Origin: an uncultured Novosphingobium sp.
GTDB lineage: Bacteria > Pseudomonadota > Alphaproteobacteria > Sphingomonadales > Sphingomonadaceae
Direction of reading: 5' to 3'
Assembly: GCA_964592205.1 (NCBI GenBank)
Contig: CAZQEH010000007.1
Location: 12,393-76,392 of the forward strand
Length of the DNA: 64,000 nucleotides
Shown: positions 49,869 to 61,098 of the stretch, in pieces
How positions within the stretch are numbered: position 1 is the first letter of the stretch
Layout: each line of letters opens with the position of its first letter
Program-made: the position numbers and the translations under genes
Notes under the pieces: model-generated
What the model was told of the DNA's origin: nothing
Databases searched by the model: none
The model's input: the letters and a program-made list of their open reading frames with translations, nothing else

Positions 49869-51221
49869 CTAGGGCGTCGCAGGCAAGTGCCGCAAAATCA
49901 GCCCGTCCTGATGGTCCTTGGTAAAGCCCTTCCACGTCGGGTTCGCGCCGCCTTCACTCACCGCATCATAGCGCTTGTCGTCGCTTGTCCACTTGGCGCC
50001 ATCGGAATCCTCTGAGGGCACGGCAAGGTATTCGGCCTTTGCGGCCTCTCCCTTGAGCTCGAAATCGAGGAACGCGGTGATGAAGTGGATCGCGATCGAA
50101 TTGACGCGCGGTTTGCGCCACATCCGGTCCTCGAACCAATCGAAATCCCACACGGTGCCGCGCATTTCGGCAGGGGCCGGATTGGTTCCGATAGCGTGGC
50201 CTGCGCCTTTCAGCGCCAGTAGCCAGCGATCCGAACCCTTGGCATCGCGGAAAATCGTGGCGGGGCCGGGGTCATAGCCAACCGTGCGGTCCGACGTACC
50301 GGCCACAACAAGCAGCGGTGCCTTGATGCCCGAGAGGCCATTTTCGCCCCAGGCCACCCACGGCGCCCCGCCCGCGGGCGCAATGGCGACAACGGCCTTG
50401 ATCGCCGGATCGTGCAGCGCGGCGACATCAGGGCCGCTGCCAGTGTAGCGCTCGACCAGCGCGGTCGGCAGGCGCTTGACGGCGGGGCTTCCCGCATCGA
50501 GCTGCGCGCCCGCCACGGTCAGCGCGCCGTAGCCGCCGAAGGAATAGCCCGCGAGCGCGATGCGCTTCGTATCGCCCAGCGGCCCCAGCAGGCCATCGCG
50601 AATGCGGCGCAACACGAACGTGATATCGAGCGGACGCCGGATCAGCGTGGCAGGCGCCTTTGCCGTATCGGTAATCGCCGGATCATGATGGCGGATCGCC
50701 ACGACGACATAGCCCTTGGTCGCCAGGTTTTCGCCCAGCCATGAAAGCATGACCGGATCGTTGTTGTAGCCATGCGAGAGCAGCACGATCGGATAGCCGT
50801 GCCCTGCCGGTTTCGCATCAGCAACAGCAAGCGCGGGGACGGTGAAATAAGCGGGCGGCTTCGGCGGCTCGGAAACGAGGCTGGCCCGGTATGTCGCGCG
50901 CCGTTCCTTGGGGCCGACCGTGGCAGGATACCAGATCACCAGCGGCATCGTCCGGTCGGCGCGGACCAGCGCGCCTTTGGCCAGGCTGCCCAGCGGATCG
51001 ACCGCGCCGTGATCGACCACGGTCTTTTCGATAACGCCCACACCATTAGGCCCAAGTGCGGCGAGTGAAGGGGCGCCGACTTCGGGCACGCTGGGCGGCG
51101 CTGCGGCCTGTGCCGGGGCAGATGCGAGGGACGAAGCGGTCAGCATCGCCGCAAAAACGGAAAGCGGCCTCAAGCGCGAATCATCCGCAAACCGGCTGCC
51201 GGGCCACGGAATATCCTGCAT
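49869..51221 (-). CDS. Exported alpha/beta hydrolase (dienelactone hydrolase / PAF-acetylhydrolase-like); start uncertain
   Basis: IWYPA, YPIVLLSHG, LATKGYVVVAIRH, GYSFGG nucleophile elbow, Asp in GTSD, GAGH. Confidence 0.82.
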   Translation of the reverse strand: MQDIPWPGSRFADDSRLRPLSVFAAMLTASSLASAPAQAAAPPSVPEVGAPSLAALGPNGVGVIEKTVVDHGAVDPLGSLAKGALVRADRTMPLVIWYPATVGPKERRATYRASLVSEPPKPPAYFTVPALAVADAKPAGHGYPIVLLSHGYNNDPVMLSWLGENLATKGYVVVAIRHHDPAITDTAKAPATLIRRPLDITFVLRRIRDGLLGPLGDTKRIALAGYSFGGYGALTVAGAQLDAGSPAVKRLPTALVERYTGSGPDVAALHDPAIKAVVAIAPAGGAPWVAWGENGLSGIKAPLLVVAGTSDRTVGYDPGPATIFRDAKGSDRWLLALKGAGHAIGTNPAPAEMRGTVWDFDWFEDRMWRKPRVNSIAIHFITAFLDFELKGEAAKAEYLAVPSEDSDGAKWTSDDKRYDAVSEGGANPTWKGFTKDHQDGLILRHLPATP

Positions 51222-51426
51222 TCCTTGGGGTTCGATCGAGTTTCCCGGTTATTTGCCGGGTTTTGCCTTGCCTCTCGCATGGCCCCTGTTACCGCATTTG
51301 TCTGCCGAACCGCTATCATGTATTCGCATCCAAGGTTGCGATAGCTGCATTTGTCTGACCACCTGAACGTGGCTAAGGAGCGGGCACCAACACATCAACG
51401 CCCCATTGGCAGGCGGGAGTTACCAC

Positions 51427-52926
51427 GTGCCGGATCCGGAAACCTATGACCTGCTGATCGTCGGCGGGGGCATCAATGGCGCTGGCATTGCCCGCGATGC
51501 CGCCGGACGCGGGCTTTCCGTGTTGCTGGTCGAACAGGACGACCTCGCCAGCCATACCTCGTCGGCCAGCACGAAGCTGATTCATGGCGGGCTGCGCTAT
51601 CTTGAATACTACGAGTTCCGCCTCGTCCGTGAAGCACTGATCGAACGTGAGCGCCTGCTCGGCATGGCGCCGCATATCATCTGGCCGCTCGCCTTCGTGC
51701 TGCCGCAGATGAATTCGCCTCGTCCGGCGTGGCTCGTCCGGCTTGGGCTGTTTCTCTATGACAATCTGGGTGGCCGCAAGAAGCTGCCCGCGACGAAAAC
51801 GGTTAACCTCGCCCACTCCCCGCTCGGCAATGGCCTGAAGCCCGGGGCCAGCACCGCGTTCGTCTATTCGGACTGCTGGGTCGAGGACAGCCGCCTCGTC
51901 GTGCTCAACGCGCGCGATGCAGCCGAACGCGGCGCCCGGATCGAGACGCGCACCAAGCTGATCTCGGCAACCCGCGAAGGCGCGCTGTGGAAGGCCGAGA
52001 TTGCTGGCGAAAGCGGCGCCCGCACCGTGATGGCGCGCGGTCTGGTCAATGCGGCCGGCCCGTGGGTGGAGGACGTGCTCCAGCGCGCGGCCAGTGCCAG
52101 CCAGGACCGCGGCGTCCGGCTCATCAAGGGCAGCCACATCGTCGTTCCAAAGCTCTACGAAGGCGATCACGCCCTCATGCTCCAGAACCCCGATCGCCGC
52201 ATCGTCTTCGCGATCCCTTATGAACACGATTTCACGCTGATCGGCACGACCGACGAGCCATGGCACGGCCAGCCGGGCAAGGCGCATATCTCGCCCGAGG
52301 AAACCGACTATCTGTGCGAAACCGTGCGCCGCTACTTCGCGCGGCAGATCCAGCCGGAAGACGTCGTGTGGAGCTATGCCGGCATCCGCCCGCTCTATGA
52401 CGACCATGCAGCAAGCGCTTCGGCAGTCACGCGCGACTATGTGCTCGATCTCGATGGCGGCGATGGGAAGGCCCCGCTGCTCAGCGTGTTCGGCGGCAAG
52501 ATCACGACCTACCGCAAGCTTGCCGAACATGCGCTCGAAAAGCTGGTGCCGTTCTATCCCGGCGCCACGGGCGATTGGACTGCGGGCGCGGACTTGCCCG
52601 GCGGTGATATTCCGGGGGACGACTTCCCGGCCTTCGGCGCGCAGCTGGCGGCGGCGCATCCGGGCCTGCCCTGCCACCTGATCACCCGGTTTGCGCGCGC
52701 CTATGGCACGCGCGCGCCCGCCATCCTCGGCACCGCGCAAACGCTCGATGCACTGGGCACCGATTTCGGCGGAGGGCTGACGCAGGCGGAAGTCGATTAC
52801 CTCGCCGGCCAGGAATGGGCCCGCAGCGCGGAAGATGTGCTCTACCGCCGCAGCAAGCTGGGGCTCCACGTGCCTCCGGGAACGGCCGAAGCGGTCGAGG
52901 CTTATCTCACCCGCAAAAAGCCCTGA
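51427..52926 (+). CDS. glpD: FAD-dependent glycerol-3-phosphate dehydrogenase
   Basis: GGGINGAGIARDAAGRGL, TSSASTKLIHGGLRYLE, IKGSHIVV, GGKITTYRKLAE; GTG start after GGGAG. Confidence 0.95.
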   Translation: MPDPETYDLLIVGGGINGAGIARDAAGRGLSVLLVEQDDLASHTSSASTKLIHGGLRYLEYYEFRLVREALIERERLLGMAPHIIWPLAFVLPQMNSPRPAWLVRLGLFLYDNLGGRKKLPATKTVNLAHSPLGNGLKPGASTAFVYSDCWVEDSRLVVLNARDAAERGARIETRTKLISATREGALWKAEIAGESGARTVMARGLVNAAGPWVEDVLQRAASASQDRGVRLIKGSHIVVPKLYEGDHALMLQNPDRRIVFAIPYEHDFTLIGTTDEPWHGQPGKAHISPEETDYLCETVRRYFARQIQPEDVVWSYAGIRPLYDDHAASASAVTRDYVLDLDGGDGKAPLLSVFGGKITTYRKLAEHALEKLVPFYPGATGDWTAGADLPGGDIPGDDFPAFGAQLAAAHPGLPCHLITRFARAYGTRAPAILGTAQTLDALGTDFGGGLTQAEVDYLAGQEWARSAEDVLYRRSKLGLHVPPGTAEAVEAYLTRKKP

Positions 52927-53110
52927 GCGAACAAGCAAAGGGCTTAACTACCAAGAGCCGCGCTTCCGCGTGGGTTGCGATGGTTGATCGGCTGTAAACC
53001 CCGAAAAACCGGGCTTTTTTCTGTGGGGGAGCGCGCGCGGACGTTTAGATTGCTTTCAGGCATTGCTGGCATTGCGGCAAGAGTCTCCCCTTGCAGCGAG
53101 TGCCCCTGCG

Positions 53111-54862
53111 ATGCCCCGCTTCACCGATCTTTCGCCCGTTACCCGCGTTGCCGCGAGCACCAATGCCTTCATCGCGGCGCTCCTGCCCGCGCAGGCGGCG
53201 TTCAGGGTGGCCTGGTCGACCAAGGATGCCGGGGGCGTCACGCAGGTCAGCTACAGCTTCCCCTGGGCAGGCGGAGTCGCCAGCCAGTTCACCTCGCCCT
53301 ATGGCCTCGGCGAAAACAAGGCAGCGGTCACCGGCGCGGTGACGGCCAATGAGGCCGCCCAGATTGGCAATGCCTTCGCCGCGTGGTCGGCAGTCGCCAA
53401 CATCGCCTTCAAGCAGGTGGGGGAAACGGCGGACGGCACGGTCGGTGATATCCGGATCGCCTTCTCATCGGCGGTATCGGCGGGCTACTGGGGTTATTCG
53501 CTCGGCGTCTCGGACGGACGCAGCAACGCGCACGGCGATATCTGGATTGATGATGCGATCATCGGCCAATCCTTCGCGCCGGGCACCTACAACTACATGG
53601 CGATACTGCACGAGATTGGCCACAGCCTCGGCCTCAAGCACACTTTTGAAGCGCCGAAGATTCCGGCGGGCTATGACAACCAGCGCTATTCGATCATGTC
53701 CTACACCTCACCCGAGAAGGTGTGGTGGACGAACCCGGCAACCGGGCAGGCCGAATTCCTCGTCAAGTCGCCCATGGTCTACGATATCCAGGCGATCCAG
53801 AAGCTCTACGGCGCGAACATGACGTACCATACGGGCAATGACACCTACGCCTTCGATCCCGCCGCGCCTTCGTTCGAGGCGATCTGGGATGCGGGCGGAA
53901 CCGACACATTCAGCGTTGCCGCCTTCACCAACGGCTGCACGGTAGACCTCACGCCCGGGGCCTATTCCTCGCTGGCCTACAGCAGCGTTTCGCTCACCAA
54001 CAACATCGGCATCGCCTTTGGCTGCAACATCGAAAACGCGCTGGGCGGCACGGGCGCGGATACGCTGATCGGCAACGAAATCGCCAATGTGCTCGATGGC
54101 GGTGCGGGAACAGACACCTTGCGCGGCAATGGCGGCAACGACACGCTGCTGGGCCGGGCCGGGAATGACCAGCTCGATGGCGGTGCAGGCAACGATACGC
54201 TGTCTGGCGGCGATAATGACGACCTGCTGATCGGCGGTGCCGGCGATGACAAGCTTGACGGCGGCGCGGGTAGCGATACCGCAAGCTATGCCTCGATCAG
54301 CGCCGCTGTGAAGGTGAGCCTTGCCATCACCGGGCCGCAGGCTACCGGCGGCGCCGGAACCGACACGCTCACGGGCATCGAAAACCTCGTCGGCGGCACT
54401 GGCGCGGATATCCTCACCGGCGATGGCAATGCCAATGTGATCGACGGCGGCAACGGGGCCGACCAGCTGTCTGGCGGCGGCGGTGCGGATATCCTCATCG
54501 GCGGCGGCGGGCGCGACATGCTCACAGGCGGCGACGGCGGCGATGTGTTCCGCTTCGCAGTGGTTGCAGACCTTGCCGGGACCACCGCGACCACCGCTGA
54601 CGAGATCCTCGATTTCAGCAGCGCGCAGGGCGACCGGATCGATCTTTCCGCCATCGATGCCAACAAACTGACCGCCAGCGTGAACGATGCCTTCACATGG
54701 ATCGGCAAATCAGCCTTCACCAAGGTCGCCGGACAGCTGCACTACGAAGTGGTCAACGGCATTGACCTTGTCAGTGGCGACCTCGACGGCAACGGTGTTG
54801 CAGACTTTGCGATCCGGATCGACAAGGCACCGCCCCTCTCCGCACTCGATTTCGTCCTCTAG
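53111..54862 (+). CDS. Serralysin-like M10B zinc metalloprotease with RTX calcium-binding repeats; start uncertain
   Basis: [11 protein letters not shown] zinc motif, SIMSY Met-turn, [19 protein letters not shown], many GGxGxD repeats, DRIDLSAID and terminal DFVL. Confidence 0.92.
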   Translation: MPRFTDLSPVTRVAASTNAFIAALLPAQAAFRVAWSTKDAGGVTQVSYSFPWAGGVASQFTSPYGLGENKAAVTGAVTANEAAQIGNAFAAWSAVANIAFKQVGETADGTVGDIRIAFSSAVSAGYWGYSLGVSDGRSNAHGDIWIDDAIIGQSFAPGTYNYMAILHEIGHSLGLKHTFEAPKIPAGYDNQRYSIMSYTSPEKVWWTNPATGQAEFLVKSPMVYDIQAIQKLYGANMTYHTGNDTYAFDPAAPSFEAIWDAGGTDTFSVAAFTNGCTVDLTPGAYSSLAYSSVSLTNNIGIAFGCNIENALGGTGADTLIGNEIANVLDGGAGTDTLRGNGGNDTLLGRAGNDQLDGGAGNDTLSGGDNDDLLIGGAGDDKLDGGAGSDTASYASISAAVKVSLAITGPQATGGAGTDTLTGIENLVGGTGADILTGDGNANVIDGGNGADQLSGGGGADILIGGGGRDMLTGGDGGDVFRFAVVADLAGTTATTADEILDFSSAQGDRIDLSAIDANKLTASVNDAFTWIGKSAFTKVAGQLHYEVVNGIDLVSGDLDGNGVADFAIRIDKAPPLSALDFVL

Positions 54863-57800
54863 CCCCGGACCACCTTGAGCGGCACGCCCTGATACGAAAG
54901 GCCCGGCAGCAGGCTTTCCTGCTTCATGATCACGCTGCCGGGCCCGACATGCGCGCCCTCGCCCACGAGGCAACCGTAGAGCGGGACAGTGCCGGCCGAA
55001 ACCGTCGCACCGGCCATGATCCGCACCTTGTCGACTTTGAGCACGCGGTCCTCGAAAGTGTGCGCCTGGAAAAACGCGGTCACGGTTGCACCATCGCCGA
55101 TCTCGATCATGTCGGGATCGACGACTTGCGAGAACTGCGGCCCGAGCACCGCATCCTTGCCGATCTTGAGGCCCATGAGCCGCAAGTATGCCGTGAGCAG
55201 GTACGTCCCCTCAAGCTGCTGCAGGATCGCGTTGGCATAGCGCGCCCAGGCCACGAACACGAAATCCCATCGGCTCGCCCAGCACGACCACAGCGCGTGC
55301 TGGCCGGGCTTGACCCGCCCCATCAGCGTCCACTTGAGCACGGTCACCGCAAGCAGCAGCGCCACCAGCGGAATGAACGTCGCCAACGGGATCACGATCA
55401 GCGCGAATTCGAGGTTGGTCGATTCCGGCGCGCCTTCGACCAGCAGCTTGTACCACAGCACGGTCGCGAGCAGCGTGCCGACCGGCAGCACGAAGCGCAG
55501 CAATTCCCAGAACATGCGGTTGAAATACCGGATCGGCGAAGGATCATGCGTGAAGCTGCGGTCCATCTCCACGACCTGCCGGCGCGGCAGATCGAAGCTT
55601 GGGCGGCCGAAGCGTGACTGGCCGGCGGAAATCTCGCTCGCATGGGCAACCGTGCTGATGCCGATCAGGATATCATCGGGCAGCACTTCACCCGCAGGGA
55701 TCACCGCATGGTTGCCAAGGAACGTATTACGGCCGAGCACGATCGGCGCCAGCCGCACGGTTCCGCGCGTGATTTCCGGCCCGCCGAGGTAGATGCCATC
55801 GGCAAAGAACGTCTCGGCGCCAATGGTCACGAGTTCCGGGGTAACGTCGAAGATCGTGCTGATCTCGCACTTTTCGCCGATGTTCGCACCGGCAAGGCGC
55901 AGCCACTGCTTCCAGAACAGCGTACCCGATAACCACTGCCCGGCATTGAAAGTCGCCGCCGATTTCAGCCAGACGCGGATATAGGCAAGGCTCCAGCGGT
56001 CGATCACACCCGGCTCCACGCGGCCCATCGCGCGCACCATCAGTGCGCTCCAGACAAGGCTCGCGGGGACGCTGACAACCGTGAGGCCGAAAACCACGGC
56101 CAGCACCTGCGGATCGAGCTTCGGATCATAGATCCAGGTCCAGATCTCGTTCGAGCCGACGCCGAGCAGATCGCACAGCAATAGTGCAAGCAGGCCGGTG
56201 GGCAGTGCGCCGAGCATGGTCGCCGTACCCTCGGCAGCGAGCGTTACCAGCCCATGCACAACGGGGCTCAGCCGCAGGCTGTTGCCGGTAATCTCCGGTG
56301 CGGCAGGCGCAAGACCGATGCGGCGCGCCGGAACGCCATCCCACAGCTCGCCGGGCGGGATCGCCCCCCCGGCATTGAGCACCGAAAGCGGCGCGAGCAC
56401 GCTCCCTGCCCCGACCCGGCAATCGCGTTCCACCGTCGCGCGGGTCTGCAGCGTCGCATCCGCACCGATCATGATCGGCCCGACCACGATATCGCCGCGG
56501 TCAAGCTCGACAAGGCCGACATGCGCATCCTGCCCGAGCGTCACGTTGTCGCCGATTTCGAGCAAGTCCCAGCCGCCGCGATGGAGATGGACACCCCGGT
56601 GAATATGGACACCGCGCCCGATCTTCGCGCCCAGCAGGCGCAGCACGCCGTTCTGGAACACCGTGCCCGAAAGCATCGGCCACGGGATCAGCCGCGCCGA
56701 TTGCACTGTCACCCAGTGGCGCAGGTAATACGTGCTCCACACCGGCGCGCGCACCGGACGGTAGCGCCCGATCGCGATCCATTTTACCAGCAGCGTGAAG
56801 CCCACTGAAACCGGCAGGTAGAGCGCGACACCGGCCACCGTGATCAGCGGCGTCAGCAACACGAAGGCGACAAGATCGAGCTTGTCGAACAGCAGCGGGA
56901 ACAGCTCCCACGCAACCACCCAACTGACCCAGGCGCCGAACGCGAGTTCCCCCGCCAGCCACGCGGTCTGGACCACGCCCGCAAACACCGGCCGCGCCTT
57001 GCCCTCGCGCACAAGCTCCGCCGCGACATGCGGCGCAGCAGCGGCTGAGGCGGCATTCGCTTCCTCGCCCATCGCCGCAAGCGCACGCACCGTGCGGCCG
57101 GCATAAATATCGCTGACAGTGACCCAGTCCGCGGCGCCTTCCTCGCGCAGCAGCGTGACAAGCAGCGCAGCGCTCAGCGAATCGCCGCCCAGGTCTTCAA
57201 AGAAATCATCCTCGACCGAAACGCCATGCGGCTGGTTGAGGATATCGGCCACGGCAGCTGCCAGCGCAGTTTCGAGCGGCGTTGCAGGCAGCACCACCGC
57301 GCGCGTCGGCGCAGCATCGGCGGTGAACGTCATCGGCGGCAGCGCCGCACGGTTGAGCTTGCCGCCGACGGTGGTGGGCAATTCCGCCAGCATGCCGATC
57401 CGGCGCGGAACCATATAGCTCGGCACCGTGCTCGCAAGCTGGCTGCGCAATTCTTCAAGGTCGAGCGCGTCCACGCCCTCCCCCGGTACGACATAGGCCA
57501 CGAGTTCGGGCACCCCGCCGGCATCCTGAAGTCGCGCCGCCGCCGCGCGCACGCCAGGCAATGCCGCAAGGCGCGCCTCGATCTCGCCCAGTTCGACGCG
57601 GTATCCCCGGATCTTGACCTGCGCGTCAATCCGGCCGTGGTAGAACAGGTTGCCGTCCGGCTCGCGGTGGACGAGGTCTCCGGTGCGGTAGATGCGCCCG
57701 CAAGTGGGGTGATCGACGAATTTCTCGGCGGTCAGATCCTCACGGTGACGATAGCCGCGCGCCACACCCGCGCCGCCCATGCACAGCTCACCCTGCTCGC

Positions 57801-58848
57801 CCTCGCGAACCGGTTGCAGCGCATCGTCGAGCACGAACGCCTGCATGCCGGGCACCGGGCGGCCGATGGTGATCGGCCCGCCGGGCACGATATCGCCGCG
57901 CAGGCAGGTGACGGCGCATTCGGTCGGCCCATAGCCGTTGACCATGCGGCGCCCCTTGCCCCAGCGATCGGCAATATCGCGCGGCAGAGCCTCACCGCCC
58001 ACATAAAGCAGCTTCAGATCGGGCAGCGCGGCTTCGGGGTCGCGGCAGCCGCTGCTGCGCAGCAAAGTCGGCGGCGGACAGAACGCCGTAGCACGCTCGC
58101 GGCGCAACCACTCGACGATATCCGGGCCAAGCCGCGCGGCTTCATCGTCCATCACCACCAGCGCCGCGCCCGAGGCGAGCGCGAGCCAGATTTCCTCGAT
58201 CGAGGAATCATAGGCCGCGGACGAACCCTGAATCACGCGGTCCTCCGCCGTCAGGCCGAATTCGCCGAGATCAGAGGCAATAAGGTTCGCAACATTGCGG
58301 TGTTCGACCATTACGCCCTTGGGCTTGCCGGTCGTGCCGCTGGTGTAGATCACATAGGCAAGTTGTTCGGGGCGCACTTCGGCGGGCCACTGTGCGCCAG
58401 CGGGCGGCTCCCGCTGCGCAAGTTCGGCCGCCAGCAGCAGCGGCACCGCGCCGGCAATCGGTTCCAGCCGCTCTGCGCCCGCAACATCGGTCAGCACCGC
58501 CACCGCATCGGCATCTTCCAGCACTTCGGCGATGCGATCATCCGGAAAACTGGGATCGATCGCGGTATAGGCGCCGCCGGCCTTGAGCACCGCAATCTGC
58601 GCCACATACAGCATCGGCGAGGTGCGCGGCAGCAGCAGTGCGACGATCCGCTCCGCCTCCAGCCGCGGCGCAAGGTGGAGCGCCAGCCGGTCGGTCAGCA
58701 CGGCAAGTTCGGCATAGGTCATCACCTGCCGCTCGGGCCGGGTGCGCGCGGGCGGCACCTCGATTGCCGTGCCATCCGGATAGCGTGCAGCCGCTTCGGC
58801 AAGGAAGGCGTGGAGCAAGGCGGGGCGGACTTCGGGTGCGGTGAGCAT
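54859..58848 (-). CDS. Pls/PosA-family membrane-bound single-module NRPS (A-T-transmembrane/beta-helix x3); candidate poly-amino-acid synthetase
   Basis: A domain ([46 protein letters not shown]); T domain [10 protein letters not shown]; three hydrophobic blocks each followed by hexapeptide-like repeats (LGAKIG, AGANIG, MGLKIG); [11 protein letters not shown]; no C or TE domain. Confidence 0.9.
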   Translation of the reverse strand: MLTAPEVRPALLHAFLAEAAARYPDGTAIEVPPARTRPERQVMTYAELAVLTDRLALHLAPRLEAERIVALLLPRTSPMLYVAQIAVLKAGGAYTAIDPSFPDDRIAEVLEDADAVAVLTDVAGAERLEPIAGAVPLLLAAELAQREPPAGAQWPAEVRPEQLAYVIYTSGTTGKPKGVMVEHRNVANLIASDLGEFGLTAEDRVIQGSSAAYDSSIEEIWLALASGAALVVMDDEAARLGPDIVEWLRRERATAFCPPPTLLRSSGCRDPEAALPDLKLLYVGGEALPRDIADRWGKGRRMVNGYGPTECAVTCLRGDIVPGGPITIGRPVPGMQAFVLDDALQPVREGEQGELCMGGAGVARGYRHREDLTAEKFVDHPTCGRIYRTGDLVHREPDGNLFYHGRIDAQVKIRGYRVELGEIEARLAALPGVRAAAARLQDAGGVPELVAYVVPGEGVDALDLEELRSQLASTVPSYMVPRRIGMLAELPTTVGGKLNRAALPPMTFTADAAPTRAVVLPATPLETALAAAVADILNQPHGVSVEDDFFEDLGGDSLSAALLVTLLREEGAADWVTVSDIYAGRTVRALAAMGEEANAASAAAAPHVAAELVREGKARPVFAGVVQTAWLAGELAFGAWVSWVVAWELFPLLFDKLDLVAFVLLTPLITVAGVALYLPVSVGFTLLVKWIAIGRYRPVRAPVWSTYYLRHWVTVQSARLIPWPMLSGTVFQNGVLRLLGAKIGRGVHIHRGVHLHRGGWDLLEIGDNVTLGQDAHVGLVELDRGDIVVGPIMIGADATLQTRATVERDCRVGAGSVLAPLSVLNAGGAIPPGELWDGVPARRIGLAPAAPEITGNSLRLSPVVHGLVTLAAEGTATMLGALPTGLLALLLCDLLGVGSNEIWTWIYDPKLDPQVLAVVFGLTVVSVPASLVWSALMVRAMGRVEPGVIDRWSLAYIRVWLKSAATFNAGQWLSGTLFWKQWLRLAGANIGEKCEISTIFDVTPELVTIGAETFFADGIYLGGPEITRGTVRLAPIVLGRNTFLGNHAVIPAGEVLPDDILIGISTVAHASEISAGQSRFGRPSFDLPRRQVVEMDRSFTHDPSPIRYFNRMFWELLRFVLPVGTLLATVLWYKLLVEGAPESTNLEFALIVIPLATFIPLVALLLAVTVLKWTLMGRVKPGQHALWSCWASRWDFVFVAWARYANAILQQLEGTYLLTAYLRLMGLKIGKDAVLGPQFSQVVDPDMIEIGDGATVTAFFQAHTFEDRVLKVDKVRIMAGATVSAGTVPLYGCLVGEGAHVGPGSVIMKQESLLPGLSYQGVPLKVVRG

Positions 58849-59065
58849 GCCGCTCCTCTATCGCTGCAGCAATTGCGGTCAAGCGGTCGTTAGGCCCAAA
58901 ACAGTGGAGCAAAAGCCCGGCGCCATGGGCATTTTGTGCGCGGCGATCGCTTGTGCAGCGCAGGGCTTTCCGCGCCAGCGCAGGGAAACAGGGTTTGCCG
59001 ATCAGCGTGAAGTGAATTGATGCAGCCATGCCGTCAGCGCCCTTGCGGCACTGCCCTGAATCCGT

Positions 59066-59698
59066 TCACGCACCGAACAGACGCCGCGCGGCGGAATCGC
59101 ACAAGGCGATGCAGCGCTCGCGCGGGGTGCGCTGGTCCGAAAGGTAGTATTCGATCCATAGCCCATCGAGCACCGCCGAAAGCAGCGCAATCGCATCGGC
59201 CATGGAAAGCGCATCGGCGCGCACCGGAAGCGCTGCCACAAGGCGTTTGAGCAGCGCGCGCTGGCGCATGTTGAAGCCGTCCGAAACCGCAGCAAAATCG
59301 GAGCGGCTGCGGGCTTGCTGCCAGAACACCATCCACGCGCCGATGATATCCGGCCCCGCCCAATCATCGGAGAAGACCGCGACAAAATAGCGGTGCAGCG
59401 CCTCGCTGGGGTCGGCTGCAAAAGGGAGCGCTGCCGCCTCAAGCTGCGCAAGCATGTCCTCGCAAAGCTGCTCGTAGGTTTCGAGCAGCAAGTTGTCCGG
59501 ATTGCGGAAGTAGTGCCGCAAGAGGCCATGGCTGACCCCGGCCTGCCGGCAGATCTCGCGCCCCGTTGCGCCTTTGGCGCCAAGGCGGGCAAGACAGTTC
59601 ACTGTCGCGGCGACAAGGTCTGCGCGCCGCACCAATGGAGACGCGCGGCGGCGGCGCGGGCGCGCAGAACCCTCGGCAGCCGGGCTTGCCACGTTCAT
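59066..59698 (-). CDS. TetR-family regulator (BetI-like C-terminus)
   Basis: RRADLVAATVNCLARLG...REICRQAGVSHGLLRHYF HTH; AVLDGLWIE. Confidence 0.88.
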   Translation of the reverse strand: MNVASPAAEGSARPRRRRASPLVRRADLVAATVNCLARLGAKGATGREICRQAGVSHGLLRHYFRNPDNLLLETYEQLCEDMLAQLEAAALPFAADPSEALHRYFVAVFSDDWAGPDIIGAWMVFWQQARSRSDFAAVSDGFNMRQRALLKRLVAALPVRADALSMADAIALLSAVLDGLWIEYYLSDQRTPRERCIALCDSAARRLFGA

Positions 59699-61098
59699 GC
59701 CGCCCGCCGCGCCGCGCGCTGGCCAAGGACGTAGACCAGACTGCCGCTGCCCAGCAGCACGGCGGTAAGGCCAAGGATCTTGATGACCGCGAGCAGCTTG
59801 TTCGGCTCGTCCGTCGCCGGAAATGCCGCCAGCACCAGCGCGGTGAGCGTGGTGGCAAGCCCAACGCAGGCAAACACCGTCGAAGTCACGCGCCCGCCGG
59901 GAAGCCGCGTGACACCGGCTTCCGCCGGACGCCCCTGCAGGCGGATCACCGCAAGGAAAACCAGCGCAAACGGCAGGAAGGCTGCAATGATCCCCATGCT
60001 CACCAGCACGTCATACGCGCCTTTCACACCCGTACCGGCTTGCCCGAGGATACACAGCACCGCACCCAGCCCGCCTTGCACGAGGATCGCGATATAGGGC
60101 GTGCCCCACTTGGGATGAACCTTGGCGAAGACCGGCGGCAGCAGCCGGTCGATCCCCACCGCAAAGGGAATGCGCGCAGCGCACGAAAGGAACCCGCTCG
60201 CCGCGCCCAGATTGCCGAGCGTAATGAGCAGCGCGAGCGGCACGATGATCCACCCCGCCCCCACTTTCTGAGCCGCCACTGCGCCCGCCTGGATCAAGCC
60301 CTGCAGCGTGTTGACCTCTCCCGCAGGCATCGCCAGCAGCACCGCGAACGTACCGATGATATAGCACGATACGATCACCACCCCCGCAATCGGCAGCGCG
60401 CGCGGGATCGTGCGGCGCGGATCCTTGATCTCTCCGCTCATGAACGAGGCCGTCTCCGCACCGGACAGCGCGAAGGCGATTGCGGCCCACATGATCATGT
60501 GCCGGATATCGAAGACCGGCACGAAGGAATGCGGGGTAAACTCGGTTGCAGAGCCGAATTGCCACCATGCCATCGCGCCCAGCACGATCACGATCAGCGC
60601 AGGCCCCCACATGCCGACCGCGCCCAGATTGTGCAGCCAGCGCCCGAACCGCAGCCCGAAGATGTTGATCGCGGTGATGAAGGCCAGCGCCCCCAATGCA
60701 AAGCTCATGAAGAACACCGGATTGCTGCGCAGATGCAGCAGGCTTGTCCCGCCGATGTAGATCGCGTTGCCCGCATCGAAATAGAGCACGCTCGGGAAAT
60801 AGGGGAGGTTCGACGTGAAATAGCTCCACCCCGCCATGAACCCCACGTAGGGCCCGAAGGCCTCGCGCGTCCAGATATAGAGCCCGCCTTCCTGCGGGTA
60901 GCGCGAGGAAAGCTCGACGATGGCGAGGACGAACGGCAGGTAGAAGCACAAAAGTGCCCCCACCCACACCACGATCGAGCTCGGCCCGAAGGCCGCCGCC
61001 GTAGCGATCCAGCGCAGGCTGACCCCGGTCACGACATAGAACATCGCAAGATCGGCAACGCCCATCACCTTGGGTGGATGGGGCACCCCGCCGGCCAT
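59695..61098 (-). CDS. APC family amino acid/polyamine permease
   Basis: ELSSRYPQEGGLYIWTREAFG, FALSGAE, EIKDPRRTIP, LPPVFAKVHPKWGTP. Confidence 0.92.
   Translation of the reverse strand: MAGGVPHPPKVMGVADLAMFYVVTGVSLRWIATAAAFGPSSIVVWVGALLCFYLPFVLAIVELSSRYPQEGGLYIWTREAFGPYVGFMAGWSYFTSNLPYFPSVLYFDAGNAIYIGGTSLLHLRSNPVFFMSFALGALAFITAINIFGLRFGRWLHNLGAVGMWGPALIVIVLGAMAWWQFGSATEFTPHSFVPVFDIRHMIMWAAIAFALSGAETASFMSGEIKDPRRTIPRALPIAGVVIVSCYIIGTFAVLLAMPAGEVNTLQGLIQAGAVAAQKVGAGWIIVPLALLITLGNLGAASGFLSCAARIPFAVGIDRLLPPVFAKVHPKWGTPYIAILVQGGLGAVLCILGQAGTGVKGAYDVLVSMGIIAAFLPFALVFLAVIRLQGRPAEAGVTRLPGGRVTSTVFACVGLATTLTALVLAAFPATDEPNKLLAVIKILGLTAVLLGSGSLVYVLGQRAARRAA

Noticed and set aside
54040..54550. Repetitive GGCGGC/GAC-rich DNA resembling a tandem array
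   Set aside because: Explained by RTX nonapeptide codons; no CRISPR-like repeat-spacer structure
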